The translations under genes and the position numbers were made by a program. The notes beneath the pieces were generated by a model that was not told the origin of the DNA, did not search any database, and worked only from the letters and a program-made list of their open reading frames with translations. From a virus (Duplodnaviria > Heunggongvirae > Uroviricota > Caudoviricetes), in IMG/VR virus record IMGVR_UViG_3300042321_000183: DNA of 64,000 bases; one strand, written 5' to 3'. Below, piece by piece: positions 1-8,930 of the stretch. Each line of letters starts with the position of its first letter. Position 1 is the first letter of the stretch.

Positions 1-1677
1 ATCTTAGGCACCTATCCAAACATTAAGGATAGGATTCAATGGACTAAGGATACTATCAATAGTCTTAAACCATTGGGTAGAAAGATTATACTAGTGTCTC
101 ACTATCCTGTAGATATAGACATTCAAAACATGGTGGATTGTTATATATACGATGTGCATAATCCTTTGACTCATCACAGTTATTACACCAGGTTTTACAA
201 TGACAGACCAGACTACTTTGCTGAGATCAACATCAATGGATTGAAGAATAGTAACCAGTCATTGACTGTCTTAACTAATATATTTAATGCAGCTAAGGTT
301 GCTAAAGAGCTTGGGTTTAAGAGGTTCTTCTATACTACATATGATGTTGTATTAGATCCTAGAGATATCCCTGCAGTAAATGATGCATTCAGAACAGATA
401 AAAAGTTATATGCTGCTACCCTACCCACTCCACAGGGTAAGGGAATTCAGACCAATGGTATTATGTTTGACACAGACTTCTTCTTGAAAGAGTTTGATGA
501 TGTGCGTACACCAGAAGAATGGAACGAAGTGTGTAAGAGAAGAAGATGTGAGAACTATCTAGAAGACTATTTGTCAAAGGTTATCTTTAGCTTCAACCCA
601 AATGATATACAGTTAGTTACTAATGATAAGGATACCTTGTTAGTTCACAGTGGATTAGGTGTAGCATCAAATAGTGAGTATTATTCTATCATCCCTGTTG
701 TTGGAAAACCAAACAATTATGTGTTCTACTTCTTTACATATAACAGAGACTATAGAAACATCTATGTATCTATTGAAGATTACATGTGGAAAAGAATAAT
801 ACCAGCTAAGAACCATGAACTTGTTTATCAGTTTGAATTCAAAGGAGATCCTATAGATATTAAAATGGATTTTTATGATGGAGATGTTCAATATAAGTTG
901 GAAGAGTTTAAGCTGACCAAAGATAACTTACATAAGTACCAACACACAGGAAAGTTTGAATGGAAGAACGAAAGACCTAAGATTAAATTAGTTCATATAC
1001 AAACCACATTAAATGATGAAAGAGAACAACAAAGTAGAGCATCCCTTGAAAGAGTCAAAGACCATGGCTGGGAATATGTCATACAGTTTAACGAGCCCTA
1101 TAAGTCATTACCACCCAAGCATAACTGTCTCAGACCAGATTGTGTTTCAATGGAACTCTTCAATGAGCAACAAATTCAACAGTATGGCACTGCACTTACC
1201 CCAGCACATTATGGATGCTACGAAGCATTTAAGAATGCCATCTTAACAGAGTTTCATGATTGTGACTTCTTAATGGTGTGTGAAGGAGATTGTATCATTG
1301 AGACAGACATACACTTTTTCGTACGAAAAGTTGAGGAATGTGCACACTTATTGGTACCAAACAACATAAACTATATGTCTTTTGGAGATGCTGATACACT
1401 AGAACATGGCTGGCCACAATCACCTATTGTTAAAGATATCAATAATGAAATGTATGTAACCAATCATATCATTGGTTTACAATCTATTATGTTTCCAAAA
1501 GAGGCAGCTAAGTTTTTAAAGAACAACTTAAGAACACACAAATGGGATGCTGCTGATATGTATTTTAATAGTATCTTTGCAGGGCCTCAAATGGGAATGG
1601 TTAAGAAAAGACTTACTACCCAAGCAGATGGATTTTCTTTAATAGACAATACACATAAATCATTCAGAAAGAAATGA
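1..1677 (+). CDS. Putative glycosyltransferase, 5'-partial (GT25-like C-terminal region). The reading frame is open from window base 1; the listed start at 73 is only the first in-frame TTG
   Basis: Frame 1 has no stop codon from position 1 to 1677, so the gene is truncated by the window edge. The C-terminal part (YGCYEAFKNAILTEFHDCDFLMVCEGDCII) resembles the GCxxSH ... EDD signature region of LPS-type GT25 glycosyltransferases. Its stop overlaps the next gene's start (ATGA at 1674-1677). Confidence 0.45.
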   Translation: MLGTYPNIKDRIQWTKDTINSLKPLGRKIILVSHYPVDIDIQNMVDCYIYDVHNPLTHHSYYTRFYNDRPDYFAEININGLKNSNQSLTVLTNIFNAAKVAKELGFKRFFYTTYDVVLDPRDIPAVNDAFRTDKKLYAATLPTPQGKGIQTNGIMFDTDFFLKEFDDVRTPEEWNEVCKRRRCENYLEDYLSKVIFSFNPNDIQLVTNDKDTLLVHSGLGVASNSEYYSIIPVVGKPNNYVFYFFTYNRDYRNIYVSIEDYMWKRIIPAKNHELVYQFEFKGDPIDIKMDFYDGDVQYKLEEFKLTKDNLHKYQHTGKFEWKNERPKIKLVHIQTTLNDEREQQSRASLERVKDHGWEYVIQFNEPYKSLPPKHNCLRPDCVSMELFNEQQIQQYGTALTPAHYGCYEAFKNAILTEFHDCDFLMVCEGDCIIETDIHFFVRKVEECAHLLVPNNINYMSFGDADTLEHGWPQSPIVKDINNEMYVTNHIIGLQSIMFPKEAAKFLKNNLRTHKWDAADMYFNSIFAGPQMGMVKKRLTTQADGFSLIDNTHKSFRKK

Positions 1678-2348
1678 CAATAGATGTAATCATATTAACA
1701 GATAGCACTAATGTGGCTCTGACACAACGTACAATAGATACATTGCATGATAGTGAGATTGACTTTAGGTTTCGTGTGCAATTAGTAGACTCAGGTACAC
1801 AAGATCCAAATAGGTATGCACGTATTCATAACTATATACATCCTGAGAATTCTTTTAACTACAACAAGTTTTTAAACATAGCATTTACATATTGCCAAGG
1901 TGATTGGGTGGTTATATCTAATGATGATGTAGCTTATGAAAGATGGTGGTTCTCAGAGATGATGAAGGTACATGACTACAGAGAAGACATAGAAGCATTC
2001 TCTCCTAAAGACCCATTGTTATATGCTAGATGGTTCCCTAATCATTTTGTAGGAACTGATAGTAAGTATCATGAATCTTATGCTGTGACAGAAGCATTAC
2101 AAGGTTGGTGTACAGTGATTAAGAAGTCTGCACTAGATAAGATCTTACCATTTGATGAGTTGTTTGATATGTACTATCAAGACAACGACTATGCAGAAAG
2201 ACTAAAGCAGGCTGGTATTAAACATGCTCTTGTAAGACATTCTATTGTCTGTCATATGGAAACATTAAATGTGGGAGGTATGAGTGAAGAGAAAGAAAGG
2301 AAGTTTAGAATTGATGAAATTAAATTTAGAACCAAATGGAACCAATAA
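1674..2348 (+). CDS. Glycosyltransferase family 2 (GT-A fold)
   Basis: The N-terminus VIILTDSTN..TLHDSE resembles the VSVIIPTYN-type GT2 start. A DxD-like ISNDDV motif lies near residue 83 (about nt 1910-1935). The protein is 224 aa. It overlaps the previous gene by ATGA and the next gene by 13 nt. Confidence 0.65.
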   Translation: MTIDVIILTDSTNVALTQRTIDTLHDSEIDFRFRVQLVDSGTQDPNRYARIHNYIHPENSFNYNKFLNIAFTYCQGDWVVISNDDVAYERWWFSEMMKVHDYREDIEAFSPKDPLLYARWFPNHFVGTDSKYHESYAVTEALQGWCTVIKKSALDKILPFDELFDMYYQDNDYAERLKQAGIKHALVRHSIVCHMETLNVGGMSEEKERKFRIDEIKFRTKWNQ

Positions 2349-3358
2349 AATCAGTACATGTAGCAACAGGACTAATCACCATACCACCAAATGGATGGGG
2401 AGCTGTTGAAAGGCTTACATGGGAATATAAGGTTGCCCTTGAGAAACAAGGACATGTTGTAGATGTTAAATATATGAATGACTTAGAGAAATGGCCTAAC
2501 ACAATTGTTCATGCTCATTTAGCTAATCAAGCTTTATATTGTAGAGATAAAGGTATACCTTATGTATACTCTCTACATGATCACCACACAGAATGGTATG
2601 GTAAAGATAGCTGGGTGTTTAAGCAAAACCTAGAGGCTATGAAGCATAGCATTATATCTTTTACGCATGCTGAATATCTTATAGATTACTTTGATGCTAC
2701 AGATAAATTATTCTATCTACCACATGGGGCTAATACAGAATTCTTTACTCCTGACTATGCACCAAGACCACACTCTTTATTAATGTTAGCTAACAATGGA
2801 TTAGCAGGTGATTCTGGATATGATAGAAAAGGATTTAGATTTGGTATAGAAGCAGCTAAGTTATTAAACCTACCTATTACAATAGCTGGGCATCCTGATA
2901 ACAACAAGTTCTTTGAGATACATTCTGAGCTATTGGATTATCCAAAGTTAACTTTAAAGTTAACAAACCCTACAGATGATGAGACTAGAGAGTTATACAG
3001 ATCTAGTACAATCTTTGTACATCCATCTATGCTAGAAGCAGGACATCCTAATCTAACATTGATGGAAGCTACAGCATGTGGAGTTCCTATTGTGGGAACT
3101 TATAGAGGTAGTAAACCTATCCCTGGTATGCATGTGATTAATAAAATTACAACAGAGTCTGTGGTAGATGGTATTGTAAATGTAATACACAACTATGAAG
3201 AACGTAGACAGGCTATATTAGATAGACGTGAAGAATATAGCTGGGACAATGTAGCTAAAATCTTGGCTAAGTATTATTATAACATACTGAAGATTAATGA
3301 AGGATATACATCAGACAGAACAAGACAATTATATATAAACGCATACAACAACTTATGA
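2336..3358 (+). CDS. Glycosyltransferase family 1/4 (GT-B fold)
   Basis: A classic GT4 EX7E region (FVHPSMLEAGHPNLTLMEATACGVPIVGT) sits at about nt 3030-3095. The N-terminal Rossmann-like half (VHVATGLITIPPNGWGAVE) matches the GT4 glycine-rich start. Confidence 0.8.
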   Translation: MEPIKSVHVATGLITIPPNGWGAVERLTWEYKVALEKQGHVVDVKYMNDLEKWPNTIVHAHLANQALYCRDKGIPYVYSLHDHHTEWYGKDSWVFKQNLEAMKHSIISFTHAEYLIDYFDATDKLFYLPHGANTEFFTPDYAPRPHSLLMLANNGLAGDSGYDRKGFRFGIEAAKLLNLPITIAGHPDNNKFFEIHSELLDYPKLTLKLTNPTDDETRELYRSSTIFVHPSMLEAGHPNLTLMEATACGVPIVGTYRGSKPIPGMHVINKITTESVVDGIVNVIHNYEERRQAILDRREEYSWDNVAKILAKYYYNILKINEGYTSDRTRQLYINAYNNL

Positions 3359-3933
3359 GAGTAGAAATGTTATCCATATCAGACTTTTACAATAACCCAG
3401 ATGAGGTGAGAGCGTTTGCTATGAGTCAAGAATTTGGTGAGTCTGGTAACTATCCTGGTAGAAGAACTAAGTCTTTTCTAAATGATAGTATTAAACAAAT
3501 AATACAAGATAATATTAGACCCTTTGCAGGTGATGTAGTTTGGTGGGGAGATGATAATTCAGGTGCTTTCCAATACACAACAGCACAAGATAGATCATGG
3601 ATTCACAGTGATGGCACTACAAATTGGGCAGGTGTGTGCTATCTTACTCCTGATGCTCCTTTGTCTTCAGGCACAGGTATCTTTAGACACAAAGAAACAG
3701 GTCTTAAGAATTGGATATATACTGAACATACAGAAGAAGAAACAAAAACTGCAGCACCACATGTTGAAGGTATGGATTATACAAAGTGGGAGATGGTAGA
3801 TAGAATAGGTAATGTATATAACAGACTTATTTTATATAGAGGTGACTTATTCCATGTATCTTTGGATTACTTTGGCAAAGATCTACAAGATGGTAGACTA
3901 TTTCAAACATTCTTTTTTAATACAGAGAAATGA
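3355..3933 (+). CDS. Hypothetical protein, possible 2OG-Fe(II) oxygenase-like (HxD...H)
   Basis: The motif WIHSDG (H-x-D) is followed about 70 aa later by DLFHVS (distal His), consistent with a cupin/2OG-oxygenase facial triad. There is no convincing RxS. The assignment is tentative. ATGA overlaps at both ends. Confidence 0.4.
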   Translation: MRVEMLSISDFYNNPDEVRAFAMSQEFGESGNYPGRRTKSFLNDSIKQIIQDNIRPFAGDVVWWGDDNSGAFQYTTAQDRSWIHSDGTTNWAGVCYLTPDAPLSSGTGIFRHKETGLKNWIYTEHTEEETKTAAPHVEGMDYTKWEMVDRIGNVYNRLILYRGDLFHVSLDYFGKDLQDGRLFQTFFFNTEK

Positions 3934-5021
3934 TAACATATAACTTACACCATGTTAATGGTTTATACTTTGAACTAACAGGAGACGAAGGAAAAGATAG
4001 AGAGTATGATATACAGTTTGTAGATAGAAAAGGTAAGGTGGATGGTATGTTTACAGATCAACACATAACTATCTATGAAACAAAACTAAAGCCAGGAGCA
4101 TGGGCTAGACTTAATAGAAAGTATCTATCTGACATAGCCATCTTTGTCAAATACCAAGGACGTACAGTTAAGCAAATCAACATATTAGATGAGGTGAAAG
4201 GAAAGAGAGTGTTTATATCTTTTGAAAGTAAATCATTAGGAGATAGCATTGCCTGGATGCCCTATTGTTTAAAGTTTAAAGAAGTGTATGATTGTCATGT
4301 TATTGTATCCACGTTCAGGAATGAACTATTCAAAGATGTATATCCTGAATTAGAGTTTGTAGGAAGAGGACAGTCTGTTCCTAATATAATTGCAATGATG
4401 GAGATTGGCTGGTATTGGGATGAATCAAAAGAACCTGTACATCCTGCCACTATACCATTACAACAGGCAGCTAGTAATATCTTGTGCTTAGAGCATGAAG
4501 AGTTACAGCCTAGGATTGCATTCACTCCTAAAGAAAGACCTGCAGTTAATGAATATATTTGTATCTCCACTAGATCTACAGCTCAGTGTAAGCACTGGTA
4601 TTACTGGCCAGAACTAATACAAACACTAAAGATTAAAGGATATAGAGTGTTTGAACTATCTCAGGAAGCAGATGACTATGGAGCAGAGAAGTTAGAAGAT
4701 ACATCTCTTGAGAATGTAATGAACTATCTGTGGTATGCAGATACATACATAGGATTATCTAGTGGAATCAGTTGGCTCAATTGGGGATTAGGTAAGCAAG
4801 GAGTTATGATATCTAACTTCACAACAGAAGACCATGAGTTTCAAAACAACTGTATACGCATAACTAATAAGGATGTATGTAATGGATGTTGGAACAATCC
4901 TATGTTCAAGTTTAACAAAGGAGACTGGATGTGGTGTCCTGAAAATGAAAATACTCCTAGACATTTTGAATGTCATAAGAGTATTTCAGTAAATGATGTT
5001 ATGTCTAAACTTCCTATTTAA
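3930..5021 (+). CDS. GT9-like glycosyltransferase (heptosyltransferase fold) with an N-terminal extension
   Basis: FISFESKSLGDSIAWMPYCLKFKE matches the GT9 ...GDxxxxxP... N-domain signature (nt ~4232-4262). The C-terminal YIGLSSGISWLNWGLGKQGVMI resembles the GT9 ...DSGpmHlAaAlg...v.lfg segment. Confidence 0.55.
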   Translation: MITYNLHHVNGLYFELTGDEGKDREYDIQFVDRKGKVDGMFTDQHITIYETKLKPGAWARLNRKYLSDIAIFVKYQGRTVKQINILDEVKGKRVFISFESKSLGDSIAWMPYCLKFKEVYDCHVIVSTFRNELFKDVYPELEFVGRGQSVPNIIAMMEIGWYWDESKEPVHPATIPLQQAASNILCLEHEELQPRIAFTPKERPAVNEYICISTRSTAQCKHWYYWPELIQTLKIKGYRVFELSQEADDYGAEKLEDTSLENVMNYLWYADTYIGLSSGISWLNWGLGKQGVMISNFTTEDHEFQNNCIRITNKDVCNGCWNNPMFKFNKGDWMWCPENENTPRHFECHKSISVNDVMSKLPI

Positions 5022-5616
5022 AAGGAATTCCTCCTATCCACAATACCAATGATCTTCTCACTCCCTTTGTAACTGGTGTCACTCTGTGCATCATGTATGA
5101 AGGAAATATAAATACAACTCCTTTTCCTTTAGGTGCTTTATCTGCATTTTCAGGTGGACCACCTTTCCAATATTCTAATTCACCTCCTTCATATTCACTA
5201 GGATCAGATAATTGTACAGTGATGCTTATCTTTCTTCTTGATAACCAACCTGGTCCAAGATCTTGATGCCAATCATAATGTCCACCATCCTCAGCATGAT
5301 ATTCTGTATATTGAATATTATCTAATACACTATGTAAATCAAAGTTCCATAAAGATTTATTTGCTTCGACAATCATTCCCATTAATCTTGCATATACCCA
5401 CTCCCACTTATCTTCTTGGGGAATCCATTTTATCTTTGATGATCTTACCTTCTTATCCTGAATATTATCATCTCCTGTCCCAGCATCCATAAAAGGAAGA
5501 GTGGCAACATCTTGATAAATTTGATTCAATGCATTATCATCAAATCCATGTTTAAACCAATAATAGTTTTGAACATCTATTTCTTTTTGAGGAAAGACTA
5601 ATGTTTTGTTTTTCAT
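5014..5616 (-). CDS. 2OG-Fe(II) oxygenase, prolyl-4-hydroxylase-like (P4Hc / 2OG-FeII_Oxy_3 type)
   Basis: HYDWHQD (HxD, nt ~5262-5295), YMMHRVTPVTKGVRRSLVLW (distal His plus RxS, nt ~5075-5110) and KISITVQLS...GGELEY form the full P4H-type motif set. The gene is on the same strand as the collagen-like fibers and immediately downstream of them. Its 3' end overlaps the + strand GT9 gene by 8 nt (convergent). Confidence 0.75.
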   Translation of the reverse strand: MKNKTLVFPQKEIDVQNYYWFKHGFDDNALNQIYQDVATLPFMDAGTGDDNIQDKKVRSSKIKWIPQEDKWEWVYARLMGMIVEANKSLWNFDLHSVLDNIQYTEYHAEDGGHYDWHQDLGPGWLSRRKISITVQLSDPSEYEGGELEYWKGGPPENADKAPKGKGVVFIFPSYMMHRVTPVTKGVRRSLVLWIGGIPFK

Positions 5617-5673
5617 ATTAAATAATTAAGGGTACAAAGATAGTTAATCCTTGCACCCTTTCCAAAAATTGTT

Positions 5674-6069
5674 TTATTCTCCTATCTGACCTCCTGGTGA
5701 GTTTGGAAGTTTTGTAGGATCTACTTCTTCAGTGACTAGTCGATTAGGAAGTTGGAATGCTTCAAGTTCATCTTTCTCAAGCTTCTTAGCCATGTAATCA
5801 TCCAACCTAGAGTTTATAAAATCTACAGGAAGAATAGCATCTAACCATGTAAATATTTGTTCCTGAGTGAGATTTTGATATTCTGTAAAGCTTGTAGGAT
5901 TTGCAGGAGCTAATTTAAACTCACCAAAGTAATGAACATCATGTTGTATATCATTTACAATTTGCTTAAGACTTCTTCTGTAATAAACTTTCTTTATTAC
6001 ATTTGTTAATCCATCAGCAGACTTAGCTATCTTTAAATCCTGTATCCCCCATCTATATTCTTTTGACAT
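5674..6069 (-). CDS. Hypothetical protein (131 aa) downstream of fiber gene
   Basis: An ORF lies 2 nt after the stop of the fiber gene 6072..8906. No motifs were recognised. Confidence 0.55.
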   Translation of the reverse strand: MSKEYRWGIQDLKIAKSADGLTNVIKKVYYRRSLKQIVNDIQHDVHYFGEFKLAPANPTSFTEYQNLTQEQIFTWLDAILPVDFINSRLDDYMAKKLEKDELEAFQLPNRLVTEEVDPTKLPNSPGGQIGE

Positions 6070-6071
6070 AA

Positions 6072-8906
6072 TTATATATTTTCTAAGTTACCTAAACGTG
6101 TTTCTAATGTTGCAATCTTGGCTTCTAAAGTTAAGACTCTTGCCTCTATAGCATCTACTTTCTGATCTTCTTCTTTCAAACCTTCTGTAAGTAAAGCTGT
6201 CATCTTATCATAAGCAATACCATATACATCTGTATCTTCATGATAATGTACAAACTCTGGCAATGTTTTCTCAACCTCTTGTGCTACAAAACCAATCTCT
6301 CTTCTCTTAGTAATATCTTCAATTCTGTTATAAGATACACCTTGTAAGCCTTTAAGTTTATCAAGAGAGTTTTCTAATGGAGCAAAGTTTTCTTTAAGTC
6401 TAACATCAGAAGTAGGTACAAAGGATACAGCAAACATATTATATGTAGCATAAGACTCTGATGTATAATACATTGTACCATTCGTAGTACAAGCAGCCCA
6501 GTTTACAGTGGTGCTTCCACGAATACCCCAACCATTGTTACCAGCACTATAATAATGTCCCCAGCTATAACTATTAGAATACAATCCATAATCACCACCA
6601 GCTGACATCAATTGATGATATACACCAGCTGTTGTTGTTTGATAACCAGCCCATCCATTATTAGCTGTTGTTGTTACAACAGAACCATATGTTTGTACAC
6701 CTTGACTCAATCCACCAACAACACCTGTAGGTCCTTGTGGTCCTGTTGGTCCTGTTGGTCCTGGAGGCCCACCTGGACCTTGAGGTCCTTGTGGTCCTGT
6801 TGCACCTTGTGGTCCTTGTGCACCTTGAGGACCAGTAGGGCCTGGTCCACCTGTTGCACCTTGTGGTCCAGTTGCTCCTTGTGGTCCAGTTGGGCCAGGT
6901 CCACCTGTTGGACCTTGAGGACCTGTAGCTCCATTGGCTCCAGATGTACCTGATGAACCAGCCTTTCCAGAAGAGCCTGAAGAACCAGAAGAACCAGAAG
7001 ATCCTGAAGTTCCAGAGCTTCCACTACTTCCTGAACTTCCACTTGATCCACTCGTACCACTTGTACCACTAGATGCACTAGTTCCAGATGATCCATTCTT
7101 TCCAGAACTACCATCTGTACCAGAAGAACCACTTGAAGCTGATGTACCAGAACTTCCATTAGTACCTGAAGAACCTGATGTTCCACTTGTTCCTGTTGTT
7201 CCACTTGTTCCACTAGAGCCATCTGTTCCACTTGAACCACTAGTTCCAGAAGAAGCAGAAGTACCACTAGTACCACTTGATCCATCAGTGCCAGACGATC
7301 CACTTGTACCAGATGAGCCATCAGTACCAGAAGTACCAGACGATCCATCAGTACCACTTGATCCACTAGAAGCAGATGTTCCACTAGACCCATCAGTGCC
7401 TGATGTACCTGATGTACCAGAGGAAGCTGACGTACCACTAGATGCTGAAGTTCCACTTGATCCTGACGTTCCTGAAGAACCATCAGTACCAGACGAACCA
7501 TTAGTACCTGTAGTGCCAGATGTTCCACTCGTACCTGAAGTACCAGAAGATCCACTTATACCATTAAATTCAAAATAGAATTGATCATTATCATTAGGAT
7601 CTGTACCACCTGATCCTAATTGTGTTACAGTGAATTCTTCAAATCCTGTTTGATTAGGAAGAAGAGCATCTATTCTTAAAATCTTGAATGTATTCTTATC
7701 ACTAACATATACAAGTTTTATAATAGAGTTGTTCTGTAATGTATCTAGGTATGTACCAAAGTTTACGCTTGGAGAGTATGATTGATTGTCAATAGCAATT
7801 GCTGTTACGCTTGCTCCCCATGTTGCAGAGTTTAATCTAAAATATCCACTACCTGGGTCTGTGCTTGTATCTGTGTTTGTAGAGAATCTCCATATAGCAA
7901 GATTACCATCAATACCATCTGCACCACTAGTACCTGAAGATCCATCACCTCCAGCAGCACCACCTAAGTTTACATCCCATGCTGCATAAGTACCACTACC
8001 AGTAGTAGCAGTTACGTTTACAGACATTGCACCTGATCCAGAATTATAAGATATAATATCACCACCCATGCTATTGCTTAGATCATAAGCAAGAACTACA
8101 ACCTGTCCCACTGTGTAAGATAAACCTGTACCAACAGTAAGATTCTTTGTACCTGTTCCTATTGCTAATGATGTAGTTGATGTTGTTTTATATAAGTCTC
8201 CAGAAAGACCTGCAGTACCTGCACTACCACTTGAACCAGAAGTTCCAGAGGAACCACTAGAAGCTGACGTACCAGATGAGCCACTTGTTGCACTTGTACC
8301 AGAAGAACCATCACTACCACTCGTACCTGATGTACCAGTAGTTCCTGCAGTTCCACTTGAGCCATCTGTTCCTGATGTACCACTAGATCCATCTGTTCCA
8401 GATGTGCCAGAAGATCCACTAGAAGCAGAAGTACCTGAGCTACCAGATGAACCACTTGATCCACTCGATCCACTTGTACCAGTAGATCCAGACGTAGCAG
8501 ATGTTCCAGATGAACCATCAGTTCCTGAAGATCCACTTGTTCCTGAAGATGCTGATGTACCACTAGAGCCATCAGTGCCACTAGTACCTGCACTTCCACT
8601 TGTTCCTGAACTACCATCAGTTCCACTAGAACCTGAGGTTCCTGTTGAACCACTAGATCCAGCAGTTCCAGACGTACCACTTGTTCCATCCTCACCAGGA
8701 GCAGCTGAAGTTACAACAGTCCAACTAGTAAATGTACCAGCTCCTAAATAACTAACTGGTTCAAATATGAATTGTCCTGTTCCTGAATTATATGATACAA
8801 CTTGACCAAACATATAGTTGTTCTCATCATGTATCACTTGGACATATTGTCCAGGAATAAACGTAAGACCTGTCTGAATGGTTATTGTAATGTTACTATA
8901 AGGCAT
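6072..8906 (-). CDS. Collagen-like tail fiber protein with a C-terminal peptidase S74 (endosialidase-type) intramolecular chaperone domain
   Basis: There are long G-X-Y arrays ([14 protein letters not shown]...). A genuine Pro-rich collagen stretch [22 protein letters not shown]... lies at nt ~6722-6935. The C-terminus [13 protein letters not shown]...[15 protein letters not shown] matches the S74 autoproteolytic chaperone (SDxRLKxNI ... iGfIAQE) at nt ~6072-6421. Confidence 0.85.
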   Translation of the reverse strand: MPYSNITITIQTGLTFIPGQYVQVIHDENNYMFGQVVSYNSGTGQFIFEPVSYLGAGTFTSWTVVTSAAPGEDGTSGTSGTAGSSGSTGTSGSSGTDGSSGTSGSAGTSGTDGSSGTSASSGTSGSSGTDGSSGTSATSGSTGTSGSSGSSGSSGSSGTSASSGSSGTSGTDGSSGTSGTDGSSGTAGTTGTSGTSGSDGSSGTSATSGSSGTSASSGSSGTSGSSGSAGTAGLSGDLYKTTSTTSLAIGTGTKNLTVGTGLSYTVGQVVVLAYDLSNSMGGDIISYNSGSGAMSVNVTATTGSGTYAAWDVNLGGAAGGDGSSGTSGADGIDGNLAIWRFSTNTDTSTDPGSGYFRLNSATWGASVTAIAIDNQSYSPSVNFGTYLDTLQNNSIIKLVYVSDKNTFKILRIDALLPNQTGFEEFTVTQLGSGGTDPNDNDQFYFEFNGISGSSGTSGTSGTSGTTGTNGSSGTDGSSGTSGSSGTSASSGTSASSGTSGTSGTDGSSGTSASSGSSGTDGSSGTSGTDGSSGTSGSSGTDGSSGTSGTSASSGTSGSSGTDGSSGTSGTTGTSGTSGSSGTNGSSGTSASSGSSGTDGSSGKNGSSGTSASSGTSGTSGSSGSSGSSGSSGTSGSSGSSGSSGSSGKAGSSGTSGANGATGPQGPTGGPGPTGPQGATGPQGATGGPGPTGPQGAQGPQGATGPQGPQGPGGPPGPTGPTGPQGPTGVVGGLSQGVQTYGSVVTTTANNGWAGYQTTTAGVYHQLMSAGGDYGLYSNSYSWGHYYSAGNNGWGIRGSTTVNWAACTTNGTMYYTSESYATYNMFAVSFVPTSDVRLKENFAPLENSLDKLKGLQGVSYNRIEDITKRREIGFVAQEVEKTLPEFVHYHEDTDVYGIAYDKMTALLTEGLKEEDQKVDAIEARVLTLEAKIATLETRLGNLENI
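6950..7560 (-). repeat. Codon-level tandem repeat (9-nt/18-nt periodicity) encoding a G-S/T-S/T collagen-like array
   Basis: Reiterated gtaccagaagaacca / ggtacttctgg-type units are visible by eye. Arrays of the same kind occur at 8195-8705, 9000-9380, 9830-10290, 10530-10840, 51530-51840 and 52080-52500. Confidence 0.8.
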
Positions 8907-8930
8907 TTTTATTTCTTTATTTATTTATTA

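Noticed and set aside
3551-3799. Small + strand ORFs nested in other frames of confirmed genes (3551..3799, 4295..4570 -, 4788..4976 -, 5238..5492 +, 39516..39884 +, 48267..48452 +, 49927..50157 + and similar 60-120 aa ORFs throughout)
   Set aside because: Each is fully contained within a longer ORF that has recognisable motifs or operon context. They are low complexity or hydrophobic, as expected from AT-rich antisense translation.
3355-5616. TET/JBP-type DNA hydroxylase plus glycosyltransferase system for DNA base hypermodification, as the primary call
   Set aside because: The better-defined oxygenase (5014..5616) carries the P4H-type motif set (HxD...H...RxS with the KISITVQLS/GGEL context) rather than TET/JBP signatures. 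The adjacent collagen-like fibers offer a protein substrate. I kept it as an alternative to test rather than the main call.
6612-7578. Long ORFs on other frames/strand inside the fiber gene (6612..6953 +, 6707..7555 -, 6934..7578 +) encoding PEEPEEPE-, LVLQV- and Cys/Trp-rich low-complexity proteins
   Set aside because: They are by-products of the codon-level tandem repeat encoding the Gly-X-Y array. Repetitive DNA stays open in several frames. They are low complexity and fully overlapped by a well-supported fiber CDS. The same applies to 8165..8695 -, 8404..8751 +, 8941..9438 +, 9032..9388 -, 9757..10404 +, 9785..10291 -, 10447..10833 +, 10490..10855 -, 51471..51836 -, 51659..51874 +, 52044..52376 - and 52127..52396 +.
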